IMG/VR virus record: IMGVR_UViG_3300046170_000470 | Reading direction: 5' to 3' (one strand) | From: a virus | Length of the DNA stretch: 64,000 bases | Notes under the pieces: model-generated | What the model saw: the letters and a program-made list of their open reading frames with translations, nothing else | Told to the model about the DNA's origin: nothing | The model's database searches: none | Shown here: piece by piece, positions 47,342-57,465 of the stretch | How positions within the stretch are numbered: position 1 is the first letter of the stretch | How the letters are laid out: each line of letters opens with the position of its first letter | Position numbers and translations under genes: made by a program

Positions 47342-50300
47342 ATGAACGGAAATATAGTAGGAGAAGAATTTGAAAAATATGTATTTGATCAAATTGCCCA
47401 AAGGCAAAAAGACCAATACTCAGGTTATGACTCTCTTCGTACCCCTAAACAACTTCAATATTTAAATAATAAAAATGCTTGGGTTAAATTAGCCTCAGGT
47501 GTCTCAATAATCCAAGAATTAGATGAAAATAATAAAACTATACTTTATGACGGTATAGAAAGACTAAGAGATATTGTTGGTGCTGATCTTGCTGACGATT
47601 TTAAAGGAATAGAATTAGCTAAAAAAACCGTATTATTTAATGGCTTAAGTGAAACTGAACCTGCTACTTATAAAAACGAAAAAAAAGTTGAAAAAACAGC
47701 TGAATATAATTTTAGATCAGGGTATAATAATACTCAAAATATATGGAATCTTTCTTCGGTATATGGGTTAGGTGGAACTGATTTTGGTCAACAACCAATG
47801 CCTGGGATTCAATCTGTAAATGTTAAGTCTTTAAATAGAGGTTCCATTAGAGAAGCAAATGTAACACTAAAAGCCTATAATAAATTTCAATTTGCTATAA
47901 TTGAATTACTTTATTTAAGATTAGGATTTACTATGATGCTTGAATGGGGGAATGATAAGTTTATTAATAATGAAGGAGAACTCAAACAAATGGGTAATAC
48001 TATTATTGAAGATTTATGGTTCCAAAACAATAGTTATACCCAACTTCAAATGATAAATGCTATAGAAAGATATAGGGGGGAATATTCTGGGAATTATGAT
48101 GGATTCTTTGGTAAAGTAGTTAACTTTACATGGACATTTGAAGCTGATGGGAGTTATAATATCGATTTAAAATTAATAACTGTGGGAGATGTAGTTGAAT
48201 CTTTACAAGCTAATATTCCTACAAAGTCTTATGAAGTTACTACTTTAAATGCCGAACTAGAAAAAAATGAAATTTATAAAAATATTGGAGATTCTCCGAT
48301 ATCTAATGCTGCTAAAAGTAGCAAAATAGGTAAATATTTATTTGATAGTATAGGTAGGGAAAACTTATGGAATGGTTCAAATCTTGAATACTTTTCACTA
48401 AAAAATTATTTAATTGACAATACTAGAAATAGTGTAACAAATTTTAAATTTGATAAGAAAATAAATGATAAATATAACTATTTTATAACCTTTGGTGAAT
48501 TTTTAAATTGGTTTAAATTAAATATTATTCCTAATGTTAAAACTGGAATATATTTTGATAAACAATTGGGAATAGAAACTGATGAGTTTTCAAACATAGT
48601 TTGTTATTACCCTAATCAAATCTCATTAGACCCTAGGGTTTGTATTTTTAAATACATTTTTGGAAGCTTAGGAGAAACTGAGGTTCGGTATAGTATAGAT
48701 GGAGTTAAAACCCCAATGTATTTAGAAAATTTAAAAGATTATGTAACTCCAAAAAATGATACTGTTTTATATGGTCGATTAATGAATTTATATCTAAATT
48801 ATGATTTTATTTCTAAGTGTTTAAATTCTAATACTAAAGATGGTAAATTATCTATATTTAAATTTTTCCAAAAAATATGTGATGGTATAAATTCTGCTTT
48901 AGGTGGAGTTAATAATATAGAACCTATTATAAAAAATGATAAAATTATTACCTTTATAGACCAAAACCCAATCCCAGGTTATTTAGAAACTTTAGAAGGA
49001 ATAAAAGATACTGTAGATTTAGAAATTTATGGGTATAACCAATCTTCTAAATCCTCTAACTTTGTCCAAGATATTTCTTTTAAAACTGAAATTACTCCCC
49101 AATTAGCATCTATGGTTAGTATAGGAACTACTGCAGGAGGAAGTTCTACAAAAAATGAAGAGGGGACTGCTTTTTCTTATTGGAATCAAGGATTACTTGA
49201 CAGATTTCAACCCAAAATAGAGGACCCAACGGATAAAGAAATAATACCTTTAACCCCAGAAGAAGAAAGAATAGAACAATTGATAGCAACTTACGCCTTT
49301 AAATCAACGTGGTATTTATTTGCTTCTAAAGATAATAGTGAAGAAGATAAATTTAAATCCTTTACAAAACTTAAGAACATAGATGGTGATAAATTTGAAA
49401 ACCCCAGAAGAAGACATAGCATAACCTCAGATTTAGTAAAAGGAAACTATTCAGTAAAAGAATTTATAAACTTAGCTTTGGAGCAATATGCTATAACTAA
49501 TTCTAAAAACGCTTTTACCCAAGATGAATTAGCTCAAGAAGAAAGCAGTAATTATGCTATATACTTAATAAATGCTTTTGGAGGTTCATCATCTGCAAAA
49601 GTTAGATATTTAGGAAAACGTGATGCTAATGGTAATAGAAAAGTTAAAGAAAAACCATTAGCTAGTATTTCATTTCAAAATTCTAAGTACACTTTATTTG
49701 ATGACAATTTTATATCTAAAGGGAAAAAAACTTATAAAGTTTACATGAATTCCATTTCATCAGCAATTTCTAAAGATGAAGATAAAAATAGAACCCCTTC
49801 TAGTCAAATAGGATTCATCCCCGTAGGATTTGGAATCAAACTTCAAGGATTATCTGGTATAAAAATCTATAATAAACTAAATATTAATAATACTTTTTTA
49901 CCTTCACAATACCCAAAGGCATTAAAGTTTTTAATTCAAAAAGTTAATCATAGTATCCAAGATAATAATTGGGTTACTAATTTAGACACATTATCAATTC
50001 CTAAAGTAAAACAGACTGATAAAGGAGATTTAACTAATTTTTTAAATGCAATACAACAAGTTCAAACTGGATTGTTACCCCTAGAAGATAGGGGCCCCCA
50101 AAACCAAAATATTACTGAAGAATTTAAAGTAACAGGCATAGCTAGTTCAATTGAGGGTATAATTTCTCAACTTAATGAAAATGCGAAATCTTCATTTAAA
50201 GCCTTCTTTAATGATTTGTCCACTAATTATAAAGGATATACAGCATTAATAAATTCTATAGGAAGAAGTATAGAAAAATCAATAGAATTAAAACAAGAAA

Positions 50301-50608
50301 ACCCTAAAAATGCCGACCCAGGAAGATCTAAACATAACTATTATGCTTCAATAGATATGAATATCATTACACCACAAGGAAAAACTTTAACGAAAGAAGG
50401 AATGAAACATGAATGGAAAAATCATGGTTTTAATACTTTAGCTGAAAAATATAATTTAATATGGGGAGGTAGTTTTTCTACTTATGAAGATTGTATACAT
50501 TTTGAATATACATTTAAAATAGATGATGCCGTAGCAAATGCAACCTCTAAATACGGCAGTGTAGAAAACATGAAAGGTGACAATGGAAAATATGTAAAAT
50601 TAACTTAA
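47342..50608 (+). CDS. Baseplate hub-like protein with C-terminal M15-type peptidoglycan peptidase
   Basis: PMPGI, LEWG, YDGFFG; C-terminal R...SKHNY..SID...WGG.F....D..HFE. Confidence 0.75.
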   Translation: MNGNIVGEEFEKYVFDQIAQRQKDQYSGYDSLRTPKQLQYLNNKNAWVKLASGVSIIQELDENNKTILYDGIERLRDIVGADLADDFKGIELAKKTVLFNGLSETEPATYKNEKKVEKTAEYNFRSGYNNTQNIWNLSSVYGLGGTDFGQQPMPGIQSVNVKSLNRGSIREANVTLKAYNKFQFAIIELLYLRLGFTMMLEWGNDKFINNEGELKQMGNTIIEDLWFQNNSYTQLQMINAIERYRGEYSGNYDGFFGKVVNFTWTFEADGSYNIDLKLITVGDVVESLQANIPTKSYEVTTLNAELEKNEIYKNIGDSPISNAAKSSKIGKYLFDSIGRENLWNGSNLEYFSLKNYLIDNTRNSVTNFKFDKKINDKYNYFITFGEFLNWFKLNIIPNVKTGIYFDKQLGIETDEFSNIVCYYPNQISLDPRVCIFKYIFGSLGETEVRYSIDGVKTPMYLENLKDYVTPKNDTVLYGRLMNLYLNYDFISKCLNSNTKDGKLSIFKFFQKICDGINSALGGVNNIEPIIKNDKIITFIDQNPIPGYLETLEGIKDTVDLEIYGYNQSSKSSNFVQDISFKTEITPQLASMVSIGTTAGGSSTKNEEGTAFSYWNQGLLDRFQPKIEDPTDKEIIPLTPEEERIEQLIATYAFKSTWYLFASKDNSEEDKFKSFTKLKNIDGDKFENPRRRHSITSDLVKGNYSVKEFINLALEQYAITNSKNAFTQDELAQEESSNYAIYLINAFGGSSSAKVRYLGKRDANGNRKVKEKPLASISFQNSKYTLFDDNFISKGKKTYKVYMNSISSAISKDEDKNRTPSSQIGFIPVGFGIKLQGLSGIKIYNKLNINNTFLPSQYPKALKFLIQKVNHSIQDNNWVTNLDTLSIPKVKQTDKGDLTNFLNAIQQVQTGLLPLEDRGPQNQNITEEFKVTGIASSIEGIISQLNENAKSSFKAFFNDLSTNYKGYTALINSIGRSIEKSIELKQENPKNADPGRSKHNYYASIDMNIITPQGKTLTKEGMKHEWKNHGFNTLAEKYNLIWGGSFSTYEDCIHFEYTFKIDDAVANATSKYGSVENMKGDNGKYVKLT

Positions 50609-50609
50609 T

Positions 50610-51279
50610 ATGTACTATCCCTAAATCTCAAATAATAGAAAATCAAAAAACCAATGGGGGAGAACTCCAAAATTCTTCAACCCAACAAGATTATAAAGGA
50701 GCCTATTACCAAACATCAGATGGGTCTTTTTATTCGGGTAAAAACCCCCAAGATAGACCATCTTTCCCATTAACCCCTATTTCCCAAAATGATAACCCTA
50801 TTACTAACCCTAATAATATCACCCCCCCAGATACAGTATCTAGAAAATTTGTAGATCCTACATCAGAACCTACATCCAATAATTACTTTATAATAGATGA
50901 AAATTATTATTCATCTAAAAATATCCCTGAAGATAGAGGTGAAGCACCTAGGAAACCTAAATTTACCCTAAACACACCATCTCTTATTGATTACCAAAAT
51001 GGATATTTTACTAGATATTTTGTTAAAAAAATAAATGATAACTTATATTTAGAAGTAAATAAAAAAGAATACAATTTATTTAAAAAAACAGATCAAACCG
51101 TCCAATTTAACCTTTATATTCCAATAGAGATTACCTGGAATTTAATGGGAGATAAAATAGAAGTATTTAATAAGAATAAAACAATTGTTTCTTTAAAAGA
51201 ACAAAAAGAAAATTTACCCGGATTTACTTTATCATTTAAAAATAAATTTGATAAATATTATAAAACTGTTGGAGACTAA
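50610..51279 (+). CDS. Hypothetical baseplate-region protein; +1 indel near 50620
   Basis: Not in the ORF track: MYYP-KSQIIENQKTNGGE...DYQNGYFTRYFVKK...TAA at 51277. Confidence 0.7.
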
Positions 51280-51297
51280 ACAAATTCTTCATATATT
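51269..51297 (+). promoter_or_regulatory. Early/host-RNAP-type promoter TTGG-N17-CATATATT
   Basis: Recurrent motif, upstream of the replication block. Confidence 0.75.
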
Positions 51298-51315
51298 AGG
51301 GTAAAATAAGGTTAT

Positions 51316-52593
51316 ATGTACTGGCTTGTAGAAAACGAGGAGCAGTTAAATGTTTTAATAAATAGTGGTTATAAAGAAGCTTTCATTGAGGTAATACCTT
51401 ATAATGACACAATACACCCCGTACAAAACCACGTTAGTTTAGTGTATATTAGACCGATTGAAGCGAGTAAAGGCTTTATGATATGCGTTACCCATAGTGA
51501 AGCTTTAAATGCGTTAAACACGCGTATAATCGATTTACTAAACAAATTTGATAAAATATATTGTAGGGATAAAAAACAAACATTACATTATTTTCCAATT
51601 AAAGCTCTTTATGACATAACACCACCCCCTCATACGTATATACGACCTACAACACAAACACATGATTTATACTATCGTGAACACAAAGATAATCCGGAGT
51701 TAAACTTAATTATACCGATTGTTAAACATTATGAATTGTGTGAAACGATTTTTAGAGATCTAAAAGCGAATATTAACATAGAAAAAACTAAATATGATGA
51801 ATTCTTTAACAGTAGAGTATCCGTGGTATTCAACGCCATCGAGAGAAGTGGCATACGTATACACAATGACACCTTCAGTGAATACTTCCACGCAGTTGAC
51901 GGTGAATACGTCAACACTCAGTTCAACTTAAAAACAACTACTACAAGACCTAGTAATAAATTTAAAAATGTAAATTATGCCGCACTCAACAAAGAAAACG
52001 GATGTAGAAAGAGTTTTATTCCTCGTAATAGCAAACTTGTGGAGATTGATATTTCTGCTTACCACCCTAGTTTGGCTGCTCGTCTCATTGATTATAGCTT
52101 TACCACTAGTGATATTCACGCTCATTTTGCTACCCTATATAATGTGGATTATAAAAAAGCGAAAGAGCTTACTTTTAAACAGCTTTATGGCGGAGTTTTT
52201 AAACAATATAAAGAACTCGAATTTTTTCAAAAAATAGAAAAATACGTAGGAGAGAACTGGAATAAATTCCAAAGCGACGGGTTTATAGAATGTCCGGTTT
52301 CTGGGTATGTTTATAAAAAAGAAAACTTGGGGGAGATGAATCCACAAAAGTTGTTTAATTATGTGTTACAAAATTTAGAAACATCCATGAATGTGTTGGT
52401 TTTGTGGGATATATTTCGTATATTACGGGGATACAAAACGAAGCTAGTGCTATATACTTATGATTCGTTTTTATTTGATTGGGATGAAGGAGAAACAGAA
52501 TTATTAGAGAAAATAAGAGATATTTTCAAAAAATATAAGCTAAATATTAAAGAAATAGAAGGTTATGATTACAACTTTGGAGAAACCGCTTAA
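51316..52593 (+). CDS. Short family-A DNA polymerase-like protein
   Basis: IERSGI, TTRPS, motif A DISAYHP, motif B AKELTFKQLYG, motif C YTYDS. Confidence 0.8.
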   Translation: MYWLVENEEQLNVLINSGYKEAFIEVIPYNDTIHPVQNHVSLVYIRPIEASKGFMICVTHSEALNALNTRIIDLLNKFDKIYCRDKKQTLHYFPIKALYDITPPPHTYIRPTTQTHDLYYREHKDNPELNLIIPIVKHYELCETIFRDLKANINIEKTKYDEFFNSRVSVVFNAIERSGIRIHNDTFSEYFHAVDGEYVNTQFNLKTTTTRPSNKFKNVNYAALNKENGCRKSFIPRNSKLVEIDISAYHPSLAARLIDYSFTTSDIHAHFATLYNVDYKKAKELTFKQLYGGVFKQYKELEFFQKIEKYVGENWNKFQSDGFIECPVSGYVYKKENLGEMNPQKLFNYVLQNLETSMNVLVLWDIFRILRGYKTKLVLYTYDSFLFDWDEGETELLEKIRDIFKKYKLNIKEIEGYDYNFGETA

Positions 52594-53032
52594 TACGTAT
52601 AACGCGAAATACGACGTTATAACTAACATTCAAAATTTAAGCGACTTGAATAATAAATTATTTTGTACCTTCACCGATTTAGAGGGTCTAGATGCACTTA
52701 TAGAAAATATTACATCAAAATATAATATTATATATAACAAGCTTTTTGTACTAGAGATAGTAGGAAAAGATGAATATGTAGTAACATATAATGTTGAACA
52801 GGCTAACGTACATTCAATTCCAGAAAATACCATTTTAGTACATCGTAAAAAGGAATCTAACACCTTATATACTATTAATGCTTTAAATGAGTTAATTAAA
52901 AAATTAAATGGTGGCGTCGTAGACACCAGATATAGAGTTGATTGGCAGCATTATAGAAATTGTGTTTTACTTACTCAACACAATGAATTAAATCAACTTA
53001 ATACAAAAATTTACAAAATTATTGAACTATAG
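52565..53032 (+). CDS. Conserved hypothetical protein (true start possibly TTG 52646)
   Basis: NKLFCTF, HRKKESNTLYTINALN; late-type motif ATACGTATA at 52593 lies inside the annotated 5' end. Confidence 0.7.
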   Translation: MITTLEKPLNTYNAKYDVITNIQNLSDLNNKLFCTFTDLEGLDALIENITSKYNIIYNKLFVLEIVGKDEYVVTYNVEQANVHSIPENTILVHRKKESNTLYTINALNELIKKLNGGVVDTRYRVDWQHYRNCVLLTQHNELNQLNTKIYKIIEL

Positions 53033-53033
53033 T

Positions 53034-53062
53034 TTGGCTCCCCAAATTTAAGTTCGTATATT
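53034..53062 (+). promoter_or_regulatory. Early/host-RNAP-type promoter TTGG-N17-CGTATATT
   Basis: Recurrent motif. Confidence 0.75.
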
Positions 53063-53105
53063 AGAGTTACATATAAACAGTTATAATTAAAAATAAGTTA
53101 CATTT

Positions 53106-53945
53106 ATGGATTTATCAATGCTTAAACAGAAATTGGATACCCTCCAATCAAAACCACAGGGTGGTCAAAAGACCGATTACACAACCATTTTTTGGAGACC
53201 TACAGTAGGTAAACAACAAATTAGAATTGTACCATCTGCGTTCAATTCATCTAACCCATTTACAGAACTTAAGTTCTATTATGGTATTACAAATAAGGTT
53301 ATGATTTCACCACTTAATTTTGATGAAAAAGACCCTATTGCTTTATTTGCTCAAAAACTTCGTGAAGGAGAGTATAATAAAGAGAATTATGTACTTGCTA
53401 AAAAGCTAGATGCTAAAACACGTACTTTTGTTCCCGTTGTAGTACGTGGAGAAGAAGATAAAGGTGTGCGACTATGGCAATTTGGAAAACAAGTATATGA
53501 AGAATTACTTGCACTTGCTGTAGATGATGAAATTGGAGATTATACTGATATTGTAAATGGCCGAGACATTACAGTAGAAACAGTAGGACCAGAATCAACT
53601 GGTACTCCTTACAATAAATCATCAGTGCGTGTTAGACTAAAAACAACTTCACTTAGTGAAGATGCTTCATTAGTAGAAAAATGGACAAGTGAGCAACCTA
53701 ACCCAACAGATGGTTTGTTTAAACGTTATTCATTTGATGAAATGAAATCTGCTCTTGAAAAATGGTTATCACCAGAAGAAGATTCAGAAGAAGTAGTAGC
53801 TGCTCCAGTAGCCCCATCAACATCAACCTCAAATAACAACTTTAGTTTAGATACTACAAAATCTAAACAAAATAAAGCAGATGCTTTTGATTCAATGTTT
53901 GATGAGGGTAAAAAGGTTAATGAAGTTGATGATCTACCCTTCTAA
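53106..53945 (+). CDS. Single-stranded DNA-binding protein (gp32-like)
   Basis: FW.P..G...IRIVP, LWQFGK, D...GRD, acidic tail ending DDLPF. Confidence 0.85.
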   Translation: MDLSMLKQKLDTLQSKPQGGQKTDYTTIFWRPTVGKQQIRIVPSAFNSSNPFTELKFYYGITNKVMISPLNFDEKDPIALFAQKLREGEYNKENYVLAKKLDAKTRTFVPVVVRGEEDKGVRLWQFGKQVYEELLALAVDDEIGDYTDIVNGRDITVETVGPESTGTPYNKSSVRVRLKTTSLSEDASLVEKWTSEQPNPTDGLFKRYSFDEMKSALEKWLSPEEDSEEVVAAPVAPSTSTSNNNFSLDTTKSKQNKADAFDSMFDEGKKVNEVDDLPF

Positions 53946-53947
53946 AT

Positions 53948-55021
53948 ATGGCAAAAAAAGCATCAAAGTCTCTCTCGGCAGCAGTGTCTGCCGAGATTAA
54001 GAGCAAATTTGATCTTAATAAATTTAAATCATCTAAAGGTTTAAATAAAAACGTCAAATTTAAGGAACAACAATGGATACCACTATCCCCTGCCTTTCAA
54101 AAAGTAGCTGGAGTACCTGGTATGCCGATGGGACACATTTCAATACTAAGAGGACATAGTGATACAGGTAAAACCACAGCATTATTAGAAGCAGCAGTAT
54201 CCGCCCAAAATATGGGAATTCTTCCTGTGTTTATTATTACTGAGATGAAATGGAACTGGGAACATGCAGCTCAAATGGGGTTACAAGTTAATCTAATTAA
54301 AGATGATGAAGGTAATGTTGTCGACTATGAAGGTAATTTTATTTATGTTGATAGAGAAACCCTACATACAATTGAAGACGTAGCAGCATTTATAATGGAT
54401 CTACAGAATGAACAGAAAAAAGGTAATTTACCTTATGATTTAGCATTTTTCTGGGACTCAATCGGATCAATTCCATGTCAAATGTCAGTTGAAAAACTGA
54501 AAAATAACAATGAATGGAATGCCGGAGCAATGTCAACACAATTTGGTAATACAGTTAACCAAAGTATTGTAATGTCTCGTAAAGAATCATCACCATATAC
54601 TAATACATTAATTGCAGTTAATAAAGTTTGGACAGCAAAAGCAGAATCACCTATGGGTCAGCCAAAAATGATGAACAAAGGTGGAATGGCAATGTGGTAT
54701 GATGCTACATTTGTAGTTACATTTGGTAATATTTCAAATGCTGGAACCTCTAAGATTAAAGCAATTAAAGGTGGCATGCAAGTAGAATGGGGTAAAAGAA
54801 CCAACTTACAGATTGATAAAAACCATGTTAATGGTATGCAATCAAGAGGTAAAATTGTTATGACAAACCATGGTTTTATCCAAGATACTGATAAAGATAA
54901 AAATGCTTATAAAAAGGACCACGCAGATGAATGGTCCAAAATTCTAGGGGGAGGACAATTTAAGATTGTAGAAGACCAAGAAGACACAACACCCGTTCTT
55001 TACGATGTAGAGGACTTATAG
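53948..55021 (+). CDS. RecA/UvsX-like recombinase
   Basis: GHSDTGKTT, ITE, WDSIGS, KGG; between SSB and nuclease. Confidence 0.85.
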   Translation: MAKKASKSLSAAVSAEIKSKFDLNKFKSSKGLNKNVKFKEQQWIPLSPAFQKVAGVPGMPMGHISILRGHSDTGKTTALLEAAVSAQNMGILPVFIITEMKWNWEHAAQMGLQVNLIKDDEGNVVDYEGNFIYVDRETLHTIEDVAAFIMDLQNEQKKGNLPYDLAFFWDSIGSIPCQMSVEKLKNNNEWNAGAMSTQFGNTVNQSIVMSRKESSPYTNTLIAVNKVWTAKAESPMGQPKMMNKGGMAMWYDATFVVTFGNISNAGTSKIKAIKGGMQVEWGKRTNLQIDKNHVNGMQSRGKIVMTNHGFIQDTDKDKNAYKKDHADEWSKILGGGQFKIVEDQEDTTPVLYDVEDL

Positions 55022-55031
55022 AAAGTAAAAC

Positions 55032-56072
55032 ATGAAACATAAAGAATTATTTAGTCTACTGGACAGCGTCCAGGAGGATCAGGAAGAGACTGTACAAAAG
55101 AAACATGATAGAGTACTAATTTTAGATGGTTTAAATCTATTTTTTAGAAATTTTGCTATGATGAATATGGTTAATCCTGATGGAGTTCACATCGGTGGAT
55201 TAGGTGGGTTCTTCCGTTCTTTAGGTGCCATGATTAGACAAACAAATCCAACCTCTGTTTATGTAGTATTCGATGGAGCAGGTTCTACAACCAACCGAAA
55301 GAACTTGCTCTCCGAATACAAAGGGACAAGAAATTTACAAAGGGTTACAAATTGGGAAGCATTTGATAATATTGAAGAAGAACATGATTCCAAAATCGAT
55401 CAAATAGTTCGTATTATACAATACCTTAAATTATTACCTGTAAAGACCACTATATTAGACAAGGTCGAAGCGGATGACATTATTGCGGTGTTAGCTGAAA
55501 AATTAGTTGAAAAACACAATTCAACCTGCTTTATAGTATCTAGTGATAAGGATTTCTTACAGTTAGTAACTGATAAAATTATTGTATATAGACCAATGGA
55601 GAAAGAATATTATACTCCTAAAACTGTAGAAGAAAAATTTGGTTTAAAACCATCTAATTTCATTCTACATAAAACATTATTAGGTGATAATTCAGATAAT
55701 ATTCAAGGTATTAAAGGATTAGGTGCTAAAGGTATATTTAAAAAATTCCCTGAATTAAAAACCCATGATTTAACCTTAGATGATATTTTCGATATATCAG
55801 CTAGGAAATTTAAAGATCATGTTGTATATTCACGCATAGTTCAGGAACAAGCTCGAATTGAAACTAATTATAAAGTTATGGATTTAAGTGTTCCAATGAT
55901 TGATGATAGGGGGAAGGAGCATATAGATAATTTAATAATAGAAGATTTCCCAGATTTTAATCCTGAAATGTTTGTTCAATTTTATAATGAAGACAAAATG
56001 GGTGGGATGATTAGGAATTTAGAAACATGGTTAAAAGATATATTTTCACAATTTAAAGGTTATAAAGATTGA
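55032..56072 (+). CDS. 5'-3' exonuclease / flap endonuclease (T4 RNase H-like)
   Basis: LDGLN, VFDG, YKG.R, EADDII, SSDKDFLQL, GDNSDNIQGIKGLG. Confidence 0.92.
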   Translation: MKHKELFSLLDSVQEDQEETVQKKHDRVLILDGLNLFFRNFAMMNMVNPDGVHIGGLGGFFRSLGAMIRQTNPTSVYVVFDGAGSTTNRKNLLSEYKGTRNLQRVTNWEAFDNIEEEHDSKIDQIVRIIQYLKLLPVKTTILDKVEADDIIAVLAEKLVEKHNSTCFIVSSDKDFLQLVTDKIIVYRPMEKEYYTPKTVEEKFGLKPSNFILHKTLLGDNSDNIQGIKGLGAKGIFKKFPELKTHDLTLDDIFDISARKFKDHVVYSRIVQEQARIETNYKVMDLSVPMIDDRGKEHIDNLIIEDFPDFNPEMFVQFYNEDKMGGMIRNLETWLKDIFSQFKGYKD

Positions 56073-57442
56073 CACTAAATAGTATAAATCAATACGGGCA
56101 CGATTTTCAAATAAAGGTTTTATCATCTTTATTAACTCATAAAGAGTTTTTAGTTAATATACATGATATTATTTCTGATGAATATTTTGAAAACCCTGCT
56201 CAAAAATGGGCTATAAAAGAGATACTTAAGTATTATGACAAGTATCATACTACTCCTTCATTAGACATACTTAAAGTTGAATTGCAAAAAGTAGATAATG
56301 AAGTGTTACAAATATCTATTAAAGAACAACTTAAAGAAGCATATGTTACTTCAGATGAAGATTTAGAGTATGTTCAAGAAGAGTTTACTAATTTTTGTAA
56401 AAATCAACAATTAAAAAAGGCATTAATGTCTTCTGTTGATTTGCTTAAAGGTGGAGATTTTGATGGTATTCGTTTTTTAATTGATAATGCTTTAAAATCA
56501 GGGCAAGATAAAAATTTAGGACATGAATATATTAAAGATATTGAATCAAGGTATAGAGAAAATTCAAGAGAAACTGTCCCAACTCCCTGGGATAAAATCA
56601 ATAATTTATTACAAGGCGGACTTGGAAATGGAGATTTTGGTCTTATATTTGGTAACCCAGGAGGTGGTAAATCTTGGTCATTAGTTGCTTTAGGAGGCCA
56701 TGCTGTTAGATTAGGATATAATGTACTTCATTATACACTTGAACTAGGTGAAGATTATGTTGGAAAACGATATGACGCTTTCTTTACAAAAATCCCAGTT
56801 AATAAAGTAGATTCACATAGAGATAAAATTGAAGAAATCATACCACAATTACCAGGTACACTAATTATTAAAGAATATCCAACAGGTAAGGCAACAATCT
56901 CAACTATTGAATCTCATATTGCAAAAGCAACAAGCATGGGGTCTAAACCTGATTTGGTAATAATTGATTATGTGGATCTTCTTTCATCAAGAAAGAAAAA
57001 TCGTGAGCGTAAGGACGAAATTGATGATATTTATACTAGCACTAAAGGATTAGCACGACAGTTAGATATACCAATTTGGTCTGTTTCACAGGTTAACCGT
57101 GCAGGTGCTCAAGATAAAGTAATCCAAGGAGATAAGGCAGCAGGGTCATATGATAAAATTATGATAACTGATTTCTGTATGTCTCTTTCACGTAAAAAAG
57201 AAGATAAAGTTAATAACACAGGTAGATTTCATTTAATGAAAAACAGATATGGAATGGATGGTATAACATTTGGTGTAGAAGCAGACACTTCAACAGGTCA
57301 CTTTGTAGTAAAAAGTGAATATTTTGAAGGAGATGAAGAAGAAACCATGGTCCCAAGTACCCGTTCTAATAAGTTTGATACCGACGTTGATCCTTTTGAC
57401 AAACAGTTGCTTCGTAAAAAGTTTTTCGAATTAGAAAAATAA
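56069..57442 (+). CDS. Replicative DnaB-like helicase (gp41-like)
   Basis: GNPGGGKS, YTLEL, IIDYVDLL, SQVNR, KNRYG. Confidence 0.93.
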   Translation: MTLNSINQYGHDFQIKVLSSLLTHKEFLVNIHDIISDEYFENPAQKWAIKEILKYYDKYHTTPSLDILKVELQKVDNEVLQISIKEQLKEAYVTSDEDLEYVQEEFTNFCKNQQLKKALMSSVDLLKGGDFDGIRFLIDNALKSGQDKNLGHEYIKDIESRYRENSRETVPTPWDKINNLLQGGLGNGDFGLIFGNPGGGKSWSLVALGGHAVRLGYNVLHYTLELGEDYVGKRYDAFFTKIPVNKVDSHRDKIEEIIPQLPGTLIIKEYPTGKATISTIESHIAKATSMGSKPDLVIIDYVDLLSSRKKNRERKDEIDDIYTSTKGLARQLDIPIWSVSQVNRAGAQDKVIQGDKAAGSYDKIMITDFCMSLSRKKEDKVNNTGRFHLMKNRYGMDGITFGVEADTSTGHFVVKSEYFEGDEEETMVPSTRSNKFDTDVDPFDKQLLRKKFFELEK

Positions 57443-57465
57443 CATTAACAAATTAAAAAATTAAA

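Larger units (their letters stand above)
188..52601 (+). promoter_or_regulatory. Dispersed late-promoter-like motif ATATTTATA / ATA(T/C)GTATA
   Basis: Copies at 188, 2878, 6221, 10695, 13318, 21091, 23885, 25822, 29263, 32243, 33094, 33121, 38199, 40517, 42498, 44913 and 52593, mostly 15-50 nt before structural-gene starts. Confidence 0.75.
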
